This document shows, piece by piece, positions 10,539-22,212 of a stretch of 24,369 nucleotides of DNA. Origin of the DNA: Methanobacteriaceae archaeon (GTDB taxonomy: Archaea > Methanobacteriota > Methanobacteria > Methanobacteriales > Methanobacteriaceae). The notes under the pieces were generated by a model, which was not told where the DNA came from, made no database searches, and saw only the letters and a list, made by a program, of their open reading frames with translations. Both the position numbers and the translations under genes were made by a program. The stretch covers positions 1-24,369 of the forward strand of contig PWMT01000092.1 in NCBI GenBank assembly GCA_003558085.1, in the 5' to 3' direction. Within the stretch, counting starts at the first letter, position 1; every line of letters starts with the position of its first letter.

Positions 10539-10879
10539 TTTTCTCCACAAGTTACATGTTATATTAAATAGTAACTAATACTTATTATAAACCACAGAAA
10601 CTAATTCTAACTAGGTAAAACCCCTGAAAAATAAGAAATTTTAGTATTTTTCAATGGACCAGATAGATTTTTAAGAAAATTAAATATTTATTTATCTGTA
10701 ATAATAATAATAAATAACTATGCATAAATCTAGCAGATTCTAAAACTGTAGATTTATTTATTTTTCTATAGAATTAAAAACAATTATGGAAAAAGAATTT
10801 TTCGAAAAAATGATTAAAACAAATAATTCTGCATTTTTTAATATAATTTTTATCTAAAATCAAAAATAAAAAAATAATA

Positions 10880-10965
10880 CGCCGAGACTGGGATTTGAAC
10901 CCAGGACGAGCAAAAGCTCAACAGGATTTCGAATCCTGCGCCTTACCAGACTAGACTATCTCGGC
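10880..10965 (-). tRNA. tRNA-Ser (anticodon CGA), no intron, CCA not encoded
   Basis: Acceptor GCCGAGA/TCTCGGC with G discriminator; anticodon arm CAGGA-TTCGAAA-TCCTG; long variable arm GAGC-TTTT-GCTC; T arm CTGGG-TTCAAAT-CCCAG; downstream T tracts. Confidence 0.96.
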
Positions 10966-11403
10966 CTGATCAATATATATTAAATTTCATCTAATAAATA
11001 GCCTGACCTTTTTTAGTTATCGTAAGGTATAAGTGATATCCATATTTTTTAGAATAATTTTTTTATCCTAATAATTGGGAAACATATTGGGAATATTTAT
11101 TCTTATCATCAGCTCCCCATACCGTATTCCCAAATTTAATGGATAATTTGACCTTTATATTTTTATCCTCCCATATTTCGATGCTCATCATTATATTTTA
11201 ATGCGCTTTCAGAGTGAGAATAATCCAAATCTATCTGTATTCTGCGTAGTACCAGGGAGGTGGTTTATCATATTATTATGGCCTATTTATAATAACTTTA
11301 GAATTATTTATCGTTTATAGATCATTAATAATAGTTCTTATAGAGGAAAAATCCAGTTTAGGAAAAAATAATTAATTTTTGAATAGAAAAACTTAATTAT
11401 CCT

Positions 11404-12183
11404 TCATTTAATCATTTTTTTCATTATATTCTCAAATCTAGTCTTGCTAATGGGATGATAACTTAATATTTCGCCATTATAGATAAGACAAAAAGATCCA
11501 AAAGGGCAGGGTGAATTTTGAACATCATGGGCATCATTTAAATCAATCAATGTAGTTTTTAGTTTATATTTATTTTGAGCGGATTCTATAATACCCTTAA
11601 CATTTTTCTCAGTATAGGGGCACTGGACTGAACGGAGAATGGTTAATCCGTCCGAGTATTCTTTTAAAGACTTATCCATGTCTCTCCTGAATTTAGGATT
11701 TTCTGATTTAGCATCGAACTTTTTAACCAGTAAATCAAAATCTGGTTTAGCACTATCCACCACTTCAAAGCCTTTATTTAAGAATAGGTCATTACCAACC
11801 ATGAAAGGGCCTTTTCGAGTAACTACTGCCACCCCCTGCAGATCCTTATCCTGAGCATCTATAATACACTCATCCAGTAGTAGTGTAGCCAATCCTTTGC
11901 CTTTAAATTCTTTGCGAAAACCCACAAAAATGCAGTGAATAAACAAATACCCCTCCGCATCAACTGGACGATGAGCATATTCTCCGGGAATATATTCCAG
12001 CATACCCTGATAACCACCCTTTTTAGAAACTACTATCTTAATTCTCAATCCTTTAGGATAGTATTCCTGGAACCAGTCAATTTTTTTCCTTAACTCTACA
12101 TGTTTTTTTAAGTCTTTATACCCGCAAACCCCATAATCTGAGATATTATCCGGGTTTAAGTCGATGACTTTTATATCGTCCAT
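11404..12183 (-). CDS. GNAT-family N-acetyltransferase with C-terminal YoaP-like domain
   Basis: GMLEYIPGEYAHRP, FIHCIFV, acetyl-CoA motif FKGKGLATLLL, FLNKGF, QCPY, and PCPFGSF-LIYNG. AGGAG SD upstream. Confidence 0.82.
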   Translation of the reverse strand: MDDIKVIDLNPDNISDYGVCGYKDLKKHVELRKKIDWFQEYYPKGLRIKIVVSKKGGYQGMLEYIPGEYAHRPVDAEGYLFIHCIFVGFRKEFKGKGLATLLLDECIIDAQDKDLQGVAVVTRKGPFMVGNDLFLNKGFEVVDSAKPDFDLLVKKFDAKSENPKFRRDMDKSLKEYSDGLTILRSVQCPYTEKNVKGIIESAQNKYKLKTTLIDLNDAHDVQNSPCPFGSFCLIYNGEILSYHPISKTRFENIMKKMIK

Positions 12184-12395
12184 GCTGATTGCTCCTGAGA
12201 AGTTTTTAAGCCCCTTTTTAAGATAGATTAGGTTCTAAAATAAATTTAATTTCCATTGTTTTTTTTTATGTATATAAATAATATTATTAATTTTATTTCT
12301 TAGAAAAATAATAATGAAAACTTGATTAAAAAATTAATTAATTAAAAATAATTTTAAAAAATATATATGATATATGTTAAAAAAGAATGTAATAT

Positions 12396-12482
<87 letters not shown>

Positions 12483-12542
12483 ATTCAAAAATATATTCTT
12501 AGCTAAAAAATAGTATTTGGGCTATCTGCAATAGAATTGCAT

Positions 12543-12851
12543 TTAGCTCTTTAATTCAATTTCAATACTCACGTTATCTGGAACGTTGACCTTCATAACC
12601 TGTCGCATGGCCCTTTCATCAGCTTCAATACCCACTAATCTTTTGTGAATTCTAAGTTCCCATTTTTCCCAGGAAGCTTTGCCTTCACCATCAGGTGATT
12701 TTCTAGTAGGCACCACTAATTTTTTGGTGGGTAATGGTATTGGTCCAGAGAGGTCCACCCCAGTTCGTTCAGCGATCTTTTTTAACTGATCACATACGTA
12801 GGCTAATTTCTCAGGATCTGTCCCAGTAAGTTTAATTCGTGCATTATGCAT
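12543..12851 (-). CDS. rpsJ: 30S ribosomal protein S10 (uS10)
   Basis: [26 protein letters not shown] and [16 protein letters not shown]. Confidence 0.97.
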   Translation of the reverse strand: MHNARIKLTGTDPEKLAYVCDQLKKIAERTGVDLSGPIPLPTKKLVVPTRKSPDGEGKASWEKWELRIHKRLVGIEADERAMRQVMKVNVPDNVSIEIELKS

Positions 12852-12899
12852 TTAAATCCTCCATAAAAATAAAAAAAGAAGGTTAGAAAGTTATTAAAC

Positions 12900-14141
12900 C
12901 TATTTAGAGGTTACCATATCTATACACATTCCTGCAGCCACGGTTTGACCCATGTCTCGGATAGCAAATCTACCCATATGAGGAATGTCTTTGATTTTTT
13001 CAATAACCATTGGTTTGGTAGGTTTAACTTTCACTATAGCGGCGTTACCTGTTTTAAGGAAGTCAGGATTTTCTTCTTCTACTTGACCTGTGGCCGGATT
13101 CATTTTTTGCACTAGTTCCAGGAAGGTACAGGCGACCTGGGCAGTGTGACAATGGAATACTGGAGTGTATCCTATGGTGATGACTCCGGGGTGTTGTAGA
13201 ACTACAATTTGCGCTGTGAATTCTTTAGCTACGCTAGGTGGGTTGTCTGGGCGTCCTGCAACATCACCTCTTCGAACATCATTTTTACCTACACCCCTCA
13301 CATTAAATCCTACATTATCACCAGGCTCAGCAGAATCTAGCATTTCATGGTGCATTTCAATAGATTTAACTTCTCCAGTGACTCCAGCAGGTTCAAATAT
13401 GATATTCTCTCCTTTTTTCAGTATACCAGTTTCCACTCTTCCTACTGGTACAGTTCCTACTCCAGTGATGGAATATACATCCTGAATTGGTACTCGCAGT
13501 GGAAGTTGGGTTGGTTTTTCAGGAGCACTGAATTCATCCAGTGCTTTAACTAAAACTGGCCCTTTATACCAGGGGGTGTTTTCACTAGCTTTAGTGAGGT
13601 TGTCCCCTTCAAAGGCAGATAGTGGTATGAAATTGATATCTTTTGGCTTGTATCCAACTGTCTTAATTAGATCACTCAATTCCTGTTTGAGGTCGTTATA
13701 TTTATCTTCATCATAGTTTACCAGATCCATTTTGTTAATACCAATGATAATCTGGTCTATTCCGAGAGTTCTAGCGAGGAATATATGCTCTTTGGTTTGG
13801 GGCATTATTCCATCATCAATAGCTACTACTAATATGGCAGCATCAGCCTGAGATGCACCGGTAATCATATTTTTAACAAAATCACGGTGTCCAGGACAAT
13901 CCACGATCGTGAATTCATATTTAGGAGTATCGAATCTGGCGTGAGCCAAATCAATAGTTACTCCTCTATCTCTTTCTTCAGTCAATTTATCCATCAAAAA
14001 TCTAAACTTGTCTTCACCTTCAGATAATTGCTGTTCAGCAATAGCTCCTGCTTGAAGCAATAAGTGACCTACAAGGGTTGATTTACCATGGTCTACGTGT
14101 CCAATAAAAGCCAAGTTTATATGTTTTTTTTCTTTAGCCAT
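12900..14141 (-). CDS. tuf: Translation elongation factor EF-1 alpha (aEF1A)
   Basis: [27 protein letters not shown] and [11 protein letters not shown]. Start moved to ATG 14141 (MAKEK) because GGAGG overlaps the upstream ATG. Confidence 0.97.
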   Translation of the reverse strand: MAKEKKHINLAFIGHVDHGKSTLVGHLLLQAGAIAEQQLSEGEDKFRFLMDKLTEERDRGVTIDLAHARFDTPKYEFTIVDCPGHRDFVKNMITGASQADAAILVVAIDDGIMPQTKEHIFLARTLGIDQIIIGINKMDLVNYDEDKYNDLKQELSDLIKTVGYKPKDINFIPLSAFEGDNLTKASENTPWYKGPVLVKALDEFSAPEKPTQLPLRVPIQDVYSITGVGTVPVGRVETGILKKGENIIFEPAGVTGEVKSIEMHHEMLDSAEPGDNVGFNVRGVGKNDVRRGDVAGRPDNPPSVAKEFTAQIVVLQHPGVITIGYTPVFHCHTAQVACTFLELVQKMNPATGQVEEENPDFLKTGNAAIVKVKPTKPMVIEKIKDIPHMGRFAIRDMGQTVAAGMCIDMVTSK

Positions 14142-14297
14142 TAAATAAACCTCCATTTAAATTAGTCATCAAATTTGGTTAGCATGTTAGCTTATGTTAA
14201 GATAAGATTTTATCCTTTAAATACATAATTATTGAAGCATCTTTTAGAATAGTGATCTCCATATTTAAATTTAACCTTATTTATTCTTTAAAAGGGA

Positions 14298-16490
14298 TCA
14301 GCCAAGATAGTGTTCTGGCCCATAAGGTTCAGAACTAAGTCCTTTTCTATCCCTTATTTCTTTAATAATTGTTTTCTGCAGTTCTCGAGGCATTTTTTCA
14401 AAACCAGCGCTTTCAGTAGACCATAAACATCTACCTTCAGCAGCAGAACGTATGTCACCCGCAAATCCAAACATTTCTGCTACCGGGACTTTAGATTCAA
14501 CTGTGGCCATATCTCCTTCTTGAGACATGTCTATGATTTGACCTCGTCTGTTTTGAATTTCTCTGGTGGCTGCACCCATATAATCTTGGGGTACGTTGAT
14601 GAATACTTTTTGCATTGGCTCTAGTAAACTAGGTTCAGCCATCATAAATGAACCATAAATAGCCTTTCTTATGGCTGGAAGAACTTGTGCCGGTCCACGG
14701 TGAACTGCATCTTCGTGTATTTTCGCATCCATAAGTTTTATTTTAACTCCCATTACTTTTTCTTTGGCTATTGGACCGTCATCCATGGCGCTTTCAAAAC
14801 CTTCCAAGAGTAGTTCTTTAATTTCATCTAAGTATTGGATACCCCGAGTCATGTTGACGAATAAGGATCGCCCGTGAATATCCCAAACTTTTCTGGCTTC
14901 TTCTTTTACCAAACCTAATTCAATAAGCTTAGTAGCCATTTCTTTACCTTTAACTCTTCCTTCTTTTATATCTCCATCCTGGATAGCCTTAAATAGTTCC
15001 TCTTCCAGAGGTTCAATTTCAATATAAAATCGGTTGTGTTTATTAGGTGATTTTCCTTCTACAGGCCCCGCAGTTCCTGAAATAGTTTCTCGGTACACCA
15101 CGATAGGCTCAGAAGTTTCTATCTCCACGCCTTTTTCATTGATACGGTATGTTATAATTTCTAGGTGAAGTTCACCCATACCAGATATGAGGTGTTCTCC
15201 AGTTTCCTCATTTATTTCCACTTTCACGGTAGGATCTTCTTTACCAACTTGTCTTAGCACTTCGATAAGCTTAGGCAAGTCTTTGGTGTTTTTAGCCTCT
15301 ACCGCAACTGTAACCACTGGTTCACTGATATGTTCTAAGCCCTCAAAGGCTTTTATCTTTCGATCCATGTCACAAATAGTTTCCCCAGCCACAGCATTTT
15401 TAGCGCCTGTGATGGCCACAATATTGCCTGCCGGAACTTTATCTGTATTGACTCTTTCTGGGCCCATATATACTCCTACTTGCTGGATTCTGTTTTTACC
15501 GTGGGATCCTACAAAGAATATTTCACTACCCTTTTCAATGTTTCCACCATACACTCTTCCCGTGGCTATTTCACCAGCGTGTTTATCTATACTTACATTA
15601 GTAATCATGACTGCTAAAGGACCTTCTGGCTTAGTATTTAACATTGCCTGGCCTTCTTCACTATCTAAATCCCCTGACCAGATAATAGGAACCCGGTAAG
15701 CTTGGGATTCTTCAGGGCTAGGTAAATGTTCCACTACCATTCCTAAAAGTACTTGATGTATAGGTACTTTTTCTGCTAATTCTCTCTGATTATCATCTTT
15801 ACAGAAATTATATATGTCATTAAAATTGATTTCAGTTTCTTGCATTATAGGTACATTTATAGCCCAGTTATGATAAGCAGAACCGAAAGCGACACTTCCA
15901 TCTTCTACACGAACTTGCCATTTATCTTTAACTTCTTCTGGAGCCATGTTTTTTATGAGTTTATTAGCATTAGAGATGATTTTGATGAATCTACTCTGTA
16001 ACTCATTCGCATCCAATTTTAATTCATTCATCAGCCTATCCACTTTGTTGATGAAAAGTACTGGTTTAACATTTTCTTTTAGAGCTTGACGGAGTACTGT
16101 TTCAGTCTGAGGCATTATACCCTCTACTGCACAAACTACTACTACTGCACCGTCAACGGCTCGCATAGCACGGGTTACATCTCCTCCAAAATCCACGTGC
16201 CCCGGAGTATCTATCAAGTTAATTAAATATTCTTTATCCTGATAATCGTGCACCATAGATACGTTAGCAGCATCAATAGTAATTCCTCTAGCTTGTTCTT
16301 GTTCGTCAAAGTCAAGATATAATTGATCTCCAGCAAGTTCGGAGGAGATCATTCCTGCTCCGGCTAATAGATTGTCTGATAGAGTGGTCTTTCCGTGATC
16401 GATATGGGCCACAATACCGATATTTCGAATAAATTTAGGCCGGTACATTAGCTCTTTAATCTTATTAATCATTTTATTTCGTCTACTCAC
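14298..16490 (-). CDS. fusA: Translation elongation factor EF-2
   Basis: [26 protein letters not shown], and the diphthamide loop [14 protein letters not shown] 16490 (MSRRNKM) preferred because AGGTGA upstream fits as its SD. Confidence 0.97.
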   Translation of the reverse strand: MSRRNKMINKIKELMYRPKFIRNIGIVAHIDHGKTTLSDNLLAGAGMISSELAGDQLYLDFDEQEQARGITIDAANVSMVHDYQDKEYLINLIDTPGHVDFGGDVTRAMRAVDGAVVVVCAVEGIMPQTETVLRQALKENVKPVLFINKVDRLMNELKLDANELQSRFIKIISNANKLIKNMAPEEVKDKWQVRVEDGSVAFGSAYHNWAINVPIMQETEINFNDIYNFCKDDNQRELAEKVPIHQVLLGMVVEHLPSPEESQAYRVPIIWSGDLDSEEGQAMLNTKPEGPLAVMITNVSIDKHAGEIATGRVYGGNIEKGSEIFFVGSHGKNRIQQVGVYMGPERVNTDKVPAGNIVAITGAKNAVAGETICDMDRKIKAFEGLEHISEPVVTVAVEAKNTKDLPKLIEVLRQVGKEDPTVKVEINEETGEHLISGMGELHLEIITYRINEKGVEIETSEPIVVYRETISGTAGPVEGKSPNKHNRFYIEIEPLEEELFKAIQDGDIKEGRVKGKEMATKLIELGLVKEEARKVWDIHGRSLFVNMTRGIQYLDEIKELLLEGFESAMDDGPIAKEKVMGVKIKLMDAKIHEDAVHRGPAQVLPAIRKAIYGSFMMAEPSLLEPMQKVFINVPQDYMGAATREIQNRRGQIIDMSQEGDMATVESKVPVAEMFGFAGDIRSAAEGRCLWSTESAGFEKMPRELQKTIIKEIRDRKGLSSEPYGPEHYLG

Positions 16491-16530
16491 CGAAATCACC
16501 TGTTAAATATAAAATTATCATTGTGTTAAG

Positions 16531-17091
16531 TTAATGGGCAGATCTTGCTATTCTTTCCTTTTCTTCCTTTTTTTGAATAGAAAAGCTTCTGGTATCATAT
16601 TCCGCTGCCAATAAAATTTCGTTGGCTAGAGCTTCTTCTAAGGATCTTTTATTTTTAAAAGCAGATTGCATGGTCCCTCTGGTAATGAAAGCCAGAGATA
16701 AGTCCACTCTTCGTTGAGGAGCAATATCTACCGCTATCTGATAACCGATTCCACCATATTTAATTCGGGTTGTCTCCTCTCGGGGTGAAGTATTTTCCAC
16801 TGCTTTAACCAACACTTGTACAGGATTTTGCTTAGAACGTTTATTAATTATATCGAAAGCATTCTGGACAATTTTATAGGCTTTGTTTTTTTTTCCAGAA
16901 TTTCTTTCTGTTCTCATGATTTTATTAATTAATCTTTCCACTATTGAGACTTTAGACTTAGCAAACTGTCTTTTGACATGTCTTCCCATAGTATGAGGAA
17001 CTAATATTTCGTCCAAGCAAACATAATTTACCAGACCTATATCTTCTACTTTCACCTCGTCTAGAGCCCATTTATTAAAAACTTGAGTCAT
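16531..17091 (-). CDS. rpsG: 30S ribosomal protein S7 (uS7)
   Basis: PHTMGRH, SIVERL, PREETTRIKYGG, AVDIAPQRRVD and KKEEKERIA. Confidence 0.97.
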   Translation of the reverse strand: MTQVFNKWALDEVKVEDIGLVNYVCLDEILVPHTMGRHVKRQFAKSKVSIVERLINKIMRTERNSGKKNKAYKIVQNAFDIINKRSKQNPVQVLVKAVENTSPREETTRIKYGGIGYQIAVDIAPQRRVDLSLAFITRGTMQSAFKNKRSLEEALANEILLAAEYDTRSFSIQKKEEKERIARSAH

Positions 17092-17096
17092 AATAA

Positions 17097-17522
17097 TTAC
17101 CTCACTGGTTTTTCAATTTTTCCTTTAACCATTTCTTCTAATGAAACATTGTTAACTTTAGTAACTTTCCATCTTACGCCGGGAATGTCTCCCATAGATC
17201 TTCCAGAGTTCCCACCAATACCCTCAATAACCACTTCATCGTGTTCATCGATGAAACTTATAGCACCATCTCCTGGGGCAAATGCAGTTAATTGCTTACC
17301 GTTTTTGATAAGTTGCACTCTTACACATTTGCGTATAGCCGAATTAGGCTGTTTGGCTTCAATACCCACTTTTTCAATAACTATGCCTCTACCTTGAGGT
17401 GCGCCTTCTAAAGGGTCTGCTTTAACATCTAAGCGTAAAGCTTTTCTTTTGTAATCAGTATCTTTCCATTTAAAATTTTGTCTTTTTCTTTTAAGTTTTT
17501 TAGCTGCAAAAAGTCCTGGCAA
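17097..17522 (-). CDS. rpsL: 30S ribosomal protein S12 (uS12)
   Basis: [22 protein letters not shown] and [13 protein letters not shown] start with AGGAGG SD. Confidence 0.97.
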   Translation of the reverse strand: MPGLFAAKKLKRKRQNFKWKDTDYKRKALRLDVKADPLEGAPQGRGIVIEKVGIEAKQPNSAIRKCVRVQLIKNGKQLTAFAPGDGAISFIDEHDEVVIEGIGGNSGRSMGDIPGVRWKVTKVNNVSLEEMVKGKIEKPVR

Positions 17523-17608
17523 ATATAATTCCTCCTAAAAAATTTCAATTATTGGATTCCTTAAGTAAATTAGTAATAATCAACTATGGAAATTATCTTT
17601 AAAAATCA

Positions 17609-18040
17609 CTATTTAATAATTATATTACTTATGTTATGCTGTCTTTTGGCCAGTAATCTGGCTCTTTCAATATTTTGACCGCCCTTTCCAATAGCGGTTC
17701 GTTTATTCCGAGCATCTGTTTCAATCGTAGCAATTTTCTCCCCGTTTTCTTTTTGAAGTATCCTTATACTTCGAAGTTTGGCTCGAGCCATCAAGTTAGA
17801 TATGAATTCCACTGGATCCTCAGAATGTTCAATAACCTCTACACCTTTATCTACTGTTTTTTGAACTTTAGATACGGTACTACCCCTTTTACCAATAGCT
17901 AAACCCATATCACCATTTTTCACGATGAAGGTTATTTTACCATTTTCATCATCTACGATACAATCTTTAACCATGGCTCCGGTCATGCTTTCAAATAATG
18001 CAATATATCTTATTTCATTACTGGTGAATTTTATCGTCAC
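17609..18040 (-). CDS. nusA: Archaeal NusA (two KH domains)
   Basis: FESMTGA-VKDC, GLAIGKRG and AIGKGGQN. Sits between L30e and S12. GTG start. Confidence 0.94.
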   Translation of the reverse strand: MTIKFTSNEIRYIALFESMTGAMVKDCIVDDENGKITFIVKNGDMGLAIGKRGSTVSKVQKTVDKGVEVIEHSEDPVEFISNLMARAKLRSIRILQKENGEKIATIETDARNKRTAIGKGGQNIERARLLAKRQHNISNIIIK

Positions 18041-18045
18041 AAATA

Positions 18046-18342
18046 CTACCCCATTACTTCTAATATAGTGGAATCACCAGGGTCTTTAATGACCAGGGTG
18101 GCCACGGTAAATGGTTTACCGCATACTGAACCAAGTTCAACACTGCTTCCCCCATAGTTGTAAACAGGAATATCTGAAAGCTGGGCATAATAGGAAACAT
18201 CTTCTATGATGTCTTCCGGGCTATTTGCAGCTATAATAGCTAACTTACCTTTACCTAACTTTAAGGCTTGAATTGATTTTTCTGATCCTAAAGTAACTAC
18301 TCCAGTTTCAACAGCTACTCTTATTATTCTATCTACGTCCAT
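18046..18342 (-). CDS. rpl30e: 50S ribosomal protein L30e
   Basis: KLAIIAAN, ELGSVCGKPF and DPGDSTIL. Canonical position after rpoA''. Confidence 0.95.
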   Translation of the reverse strand: MDVDRIIRVAVETGVVTLGSEKSIQALKLGKGKLAIIAANSPEDIIEDVSYYAQLSDIPVYNYGGSSVELGSVCGKPFTVATLVIKDPGDSTILEVMG

Positions 18343-18352
18343 TTACTGCCTC

Positions 18353-19510
<1,158 letters not shown>

Positions 19511-19552
19511 TTAAATCTATTTCTAATTTTTAGCTGCTAATAGTATTAGGCC

Positions 19553-22165
19553 TTATTTCCCAGATTTTATTCTCATTTCTTCAATTAATTTTTCTAAATC
19601 AACTACCTTACCATAATCACTTTTAGCTGGATCCACTCCATCTTCTCCATAGGTACTTTGAATTATTATTCCCCGGTTATCCATAACTTTTCCATCTTCT
19701 TTAACATTTAAATCCTGTAGGGCGTTAACCAGTCTTCTTTGCATGTACCCACTTTGGGCGGTACGAATAGCGGTATCCACTAGACCTTCTCTTCCACCCA
19801 TAGCATGGAAGAAAAATTCGATGGGATCCAGGCCTTCTTTATAACTGGAGTGTACAAATCCTCTTGCTTTAGCACCTAATTCACCTTTTTTAAAGTGAGG
19901 TAAGGTTCTCTCATTATAACCACGCTCAATACGACCACCGCGAACAGATTGCTGCCCTACACAGGCAGAAATCTGAGTTAAATTTAGCATAGAACCACGT
20001 GCACCAGTTAAAGCCATTATGGCAGCGTGGTTTTCATCTATGTCAAAATAACTTTCTGCTATTTCCCCTGATTTATCTCTAGCTTCTCCCAGCACCTGCA
20101 TGATCCGCATTTCCAATGTTTCTTCCAAACTTCTACCGGGTAAGGCTTCTAATTCATGATTTTGATAAGCTTCAATTAACTGATCTACCTTCTCTTCTGC
20201 TTTATGGAGATGTAGCTCTATTCTTTCTTGAGCTTCCTCAGGTATTTCTTCATCATTAGTACTGGTGGTAAAACCTATGTTCATTATAGCGGCTATAGCT
20301 AGTTTAGTGGATGCATCTAGAAACTCTCTAGCCCTATCCGTTCCATATTCTTTAACTATGTGATCTAAAATTTTACCAGCGAAAGCACCGAAGGCTTTTT
20401 CATCTATTACACCGGATATTAGTTGACCGTCCTCAATAACTACATAAGCATCGTTTTCACATTCTCTTTTTAGGCATTCATCACATTTCCGGCAAATCTC
20501 TGCCCTATAAACCATGTTCAAATTATCAGGAAGTAATAAGCTAAATATTTCTTTACCAGTCCAAGTATCGCCAGTTCTATCTGGTGCGGATAAATTAGCA
20601 TTTCTTAATAGTTGAATTGCCTGTTCTTCAGTAAATATTGCTTTTTTTCTAGTAAGGAGATATGCACCAGAAATGTGGTCATGAATTCCTCCAATGATAG
20701 GACCGCCGAATCGAGGAGATAATATATGTTCCTGCACCCTCATCAAAGTTTTAGCTTCAGCCTGGGATTCTTCCGTCTGGAATATATGCATATTCATTTC
20801 ATCTCCATCAAAATCAGCATTGTAGGGAGGACATACACATAGATTTAAACGGAAGGTTTTATAAGGTAAAACTTTCACTTCATGAGCCATCATGGACATG
20901 CGGTGCAAAGATGGCTGTCGATTGAACAATACAATATCTCCATCTTTAAGATGTCTTTCCACTAAGAATCCAGGTTCTAATTTATCAATTATTGCCTCTT
21001 TGGTTTCTTCATATATTCTTATTTTTCGCTCATCTGGCCTTATAACATAGTTAGCACCGGGATGGGTTTCCGAGCCATTGCGAATGTATTCCTTCATTTT
21101 TTCCATATTCCAATCAGTAACATATACTGGCACCGTTACCTCTTTGGCAATTAAATCAGGAACCCCTACTTCATTTATACTAATATAAGGATCGGGGGAT
21201 ATTACTGTACGTGCAGAAAAATTAACCCTTTTTCCAGATAGATTACTTCTGAATCTTCCTTCTTTACCTTTTAGACGCTGTGCTAATGTTTTCAAAGGCC
21301 TACCTGATCTGTGTCTGGCAGGAGGAACCCCAGAAGCTTCGTTATCAAAGTAGGTGGTAACATGATACTGTAATAACTCCCAAAGATCCTCTACAATTAA
21401 TTGAGGTGCACCTGCTTCCATATTTTCCTTTAAACGCTGATTAATACGAATAATATCTACAAGCTTGTGAGTTAAATCATCTTCAGAGCGCTCACCTGTT
21501 TCTAAAGTAATCGAAGGCCTTACTGTAACGGGAGGTACTGGTAAAACAGTTAAAACCATCCATTCAGGGCGAGCAACTTGAGGATTAACACCTAATAGTA
21601 AAGAATCAGAATCAGATATAAGTTCCAACCTCTCCCTTACTTCGCTGGGTGTGAGCTTATAGTTACCTTCTACAATAGAAATAGGTTTATCTATTTTAAC
21701 CTCTTCCTGTTCTTCTTCACAATGAGGGCACTTATCCCGTCTAGCAGTAGTATATATTTCCTTTATAATATTGGTTAAGCTATCCTCGTTCTTCATTAAA
21801 TAATCCATTTTTTCTTGATAATGATTTATCTCACTGTCAGTTAGTTTAATCCTACCACAACTATGGCAGGTAGATCTTAATATTTTATGAATGGTATCAG
21901 CGAATCCTACATGGATCACCGCTCTGGCCAAGTTTATACTTCCAAAGTGACCCTGACAATCCCCACCTTTTGAACCACAAGTTCTACATTTTAAACTCGG
22001 GTCAATAACACCTAATCGAGGATCCATCAAACCATTTTCGATAGGATAACCATCTTCATCATAGGTGTCCGGGGTTATAATTTTGGTCACCGTCATTTTT
22101 CTAATGTCCTCGGGAGACATAAAACCAAAATCAATCTGGGAAATTTTCTTTAAAACTCCTTTCAA
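19553..22165 (-). CDS. rpoA1: DNA-directed RNA polymerase subunit A' (Rpo1N)
   Basis: Catalytic YNADFDGDEMN, Zn motifs CRTC-CQGH, LFNRQPSLH, and bridge helix GGREGLVDTAIRTAQSGY. No intein. TTG start. Confidence 0.97.
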   Translation of the reverse strand: MKGVLKKISQIDFGFMSPEDIRKMTVTKIITPDTYDEDGYPIENGLMDPRLGVIDPSLKCRTCGSKGGDCQGHFGSINLARAVIHVGFADTIHKILRSTCHSCGRIKLTDSEINHYQEKMDYLMKNEDSLTNIIKEIYTTARRDKCPHCEEEQEEVKIDKPISIVEGNYKLTPSEVRERLELISDSDSLLLGVNPQVARPEWMVLTVLPVPPVTVRPSITLETGERSEDDLTHKLVDIIRINQRLKENMEAGAPQLIVEDLWELLQYHVTTYFDNEASGVPPARHRSGRPLKTLAQRLKGKEGRFRSNLSGKRVNFSARTVISPDPYISINEVGVPDLIAKEVTVPVYVTDWNMEKMKEYIRNGSETHPGANYVIRPDERKIRIYEETKEAIIDKLEPGFLVERHLKDGDIVLFNRQPSLHRMSMMAHEVKVLPYKTFRLNLCVCPPYNADFDGDEMNMHIFQTEESQAEAKTLMRVQEHILSPRFGGPIIGGIHDHISGAYLLTRKKAIFTEEQAIQLLRNANLSAPDRTGDTWTGKEIFSLLLPDNLNMVYRAEICRKCDECLKRECENDAYVVIEDGQLISGVIDEKAFGAFAGKILDHIVKEYGTDRAREFLDASTKLAIAAIMNIGFTTSTNDEEIPEEAQERIELHLHKAEEKVDQLIEAYQNHELEALPGRSLEETLEMRIMQVLGEARDKSGEIAESYFDIDENHAAIMALTGARGSMLNLTQISACVGQQSVRGGRIERGYNERTLPHFKKGELGAKARGFVHSSYKEGLDPIEFFFHAMGGREGLVDTAIRTAQSGYMQRRLVNALQDLNVKEDGKVMDNRGIIIQSTYGEDGVDPAKSDYGKVVDLEKLIEEMRIKSGK

Positions 22166-22212
22166 GGTATTCTCTCCTTTAATTAATGCTCCTTTAGTTC
22201 CTATAAAAAATA

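Noticed and set aside
10551..10879. Long AT-rich spacer between tRNA-Ser(CGA) and the NYN gene (likewise 12184-12397)
   Set aside because: I found no credible ORF, repeat or stable structure. It is consistent with terminator and promoter sequence.
15187..15699. 170-aa plus-strand ORF, and similar short antisense ORFs over the ATPase, cbiJ, moeA, KH, top6B, tuf, S12 and rpo genes
   Set aside because: All lie wholly or almost wholly opposite well-conserved genes, as expected for codon-bias shadows.
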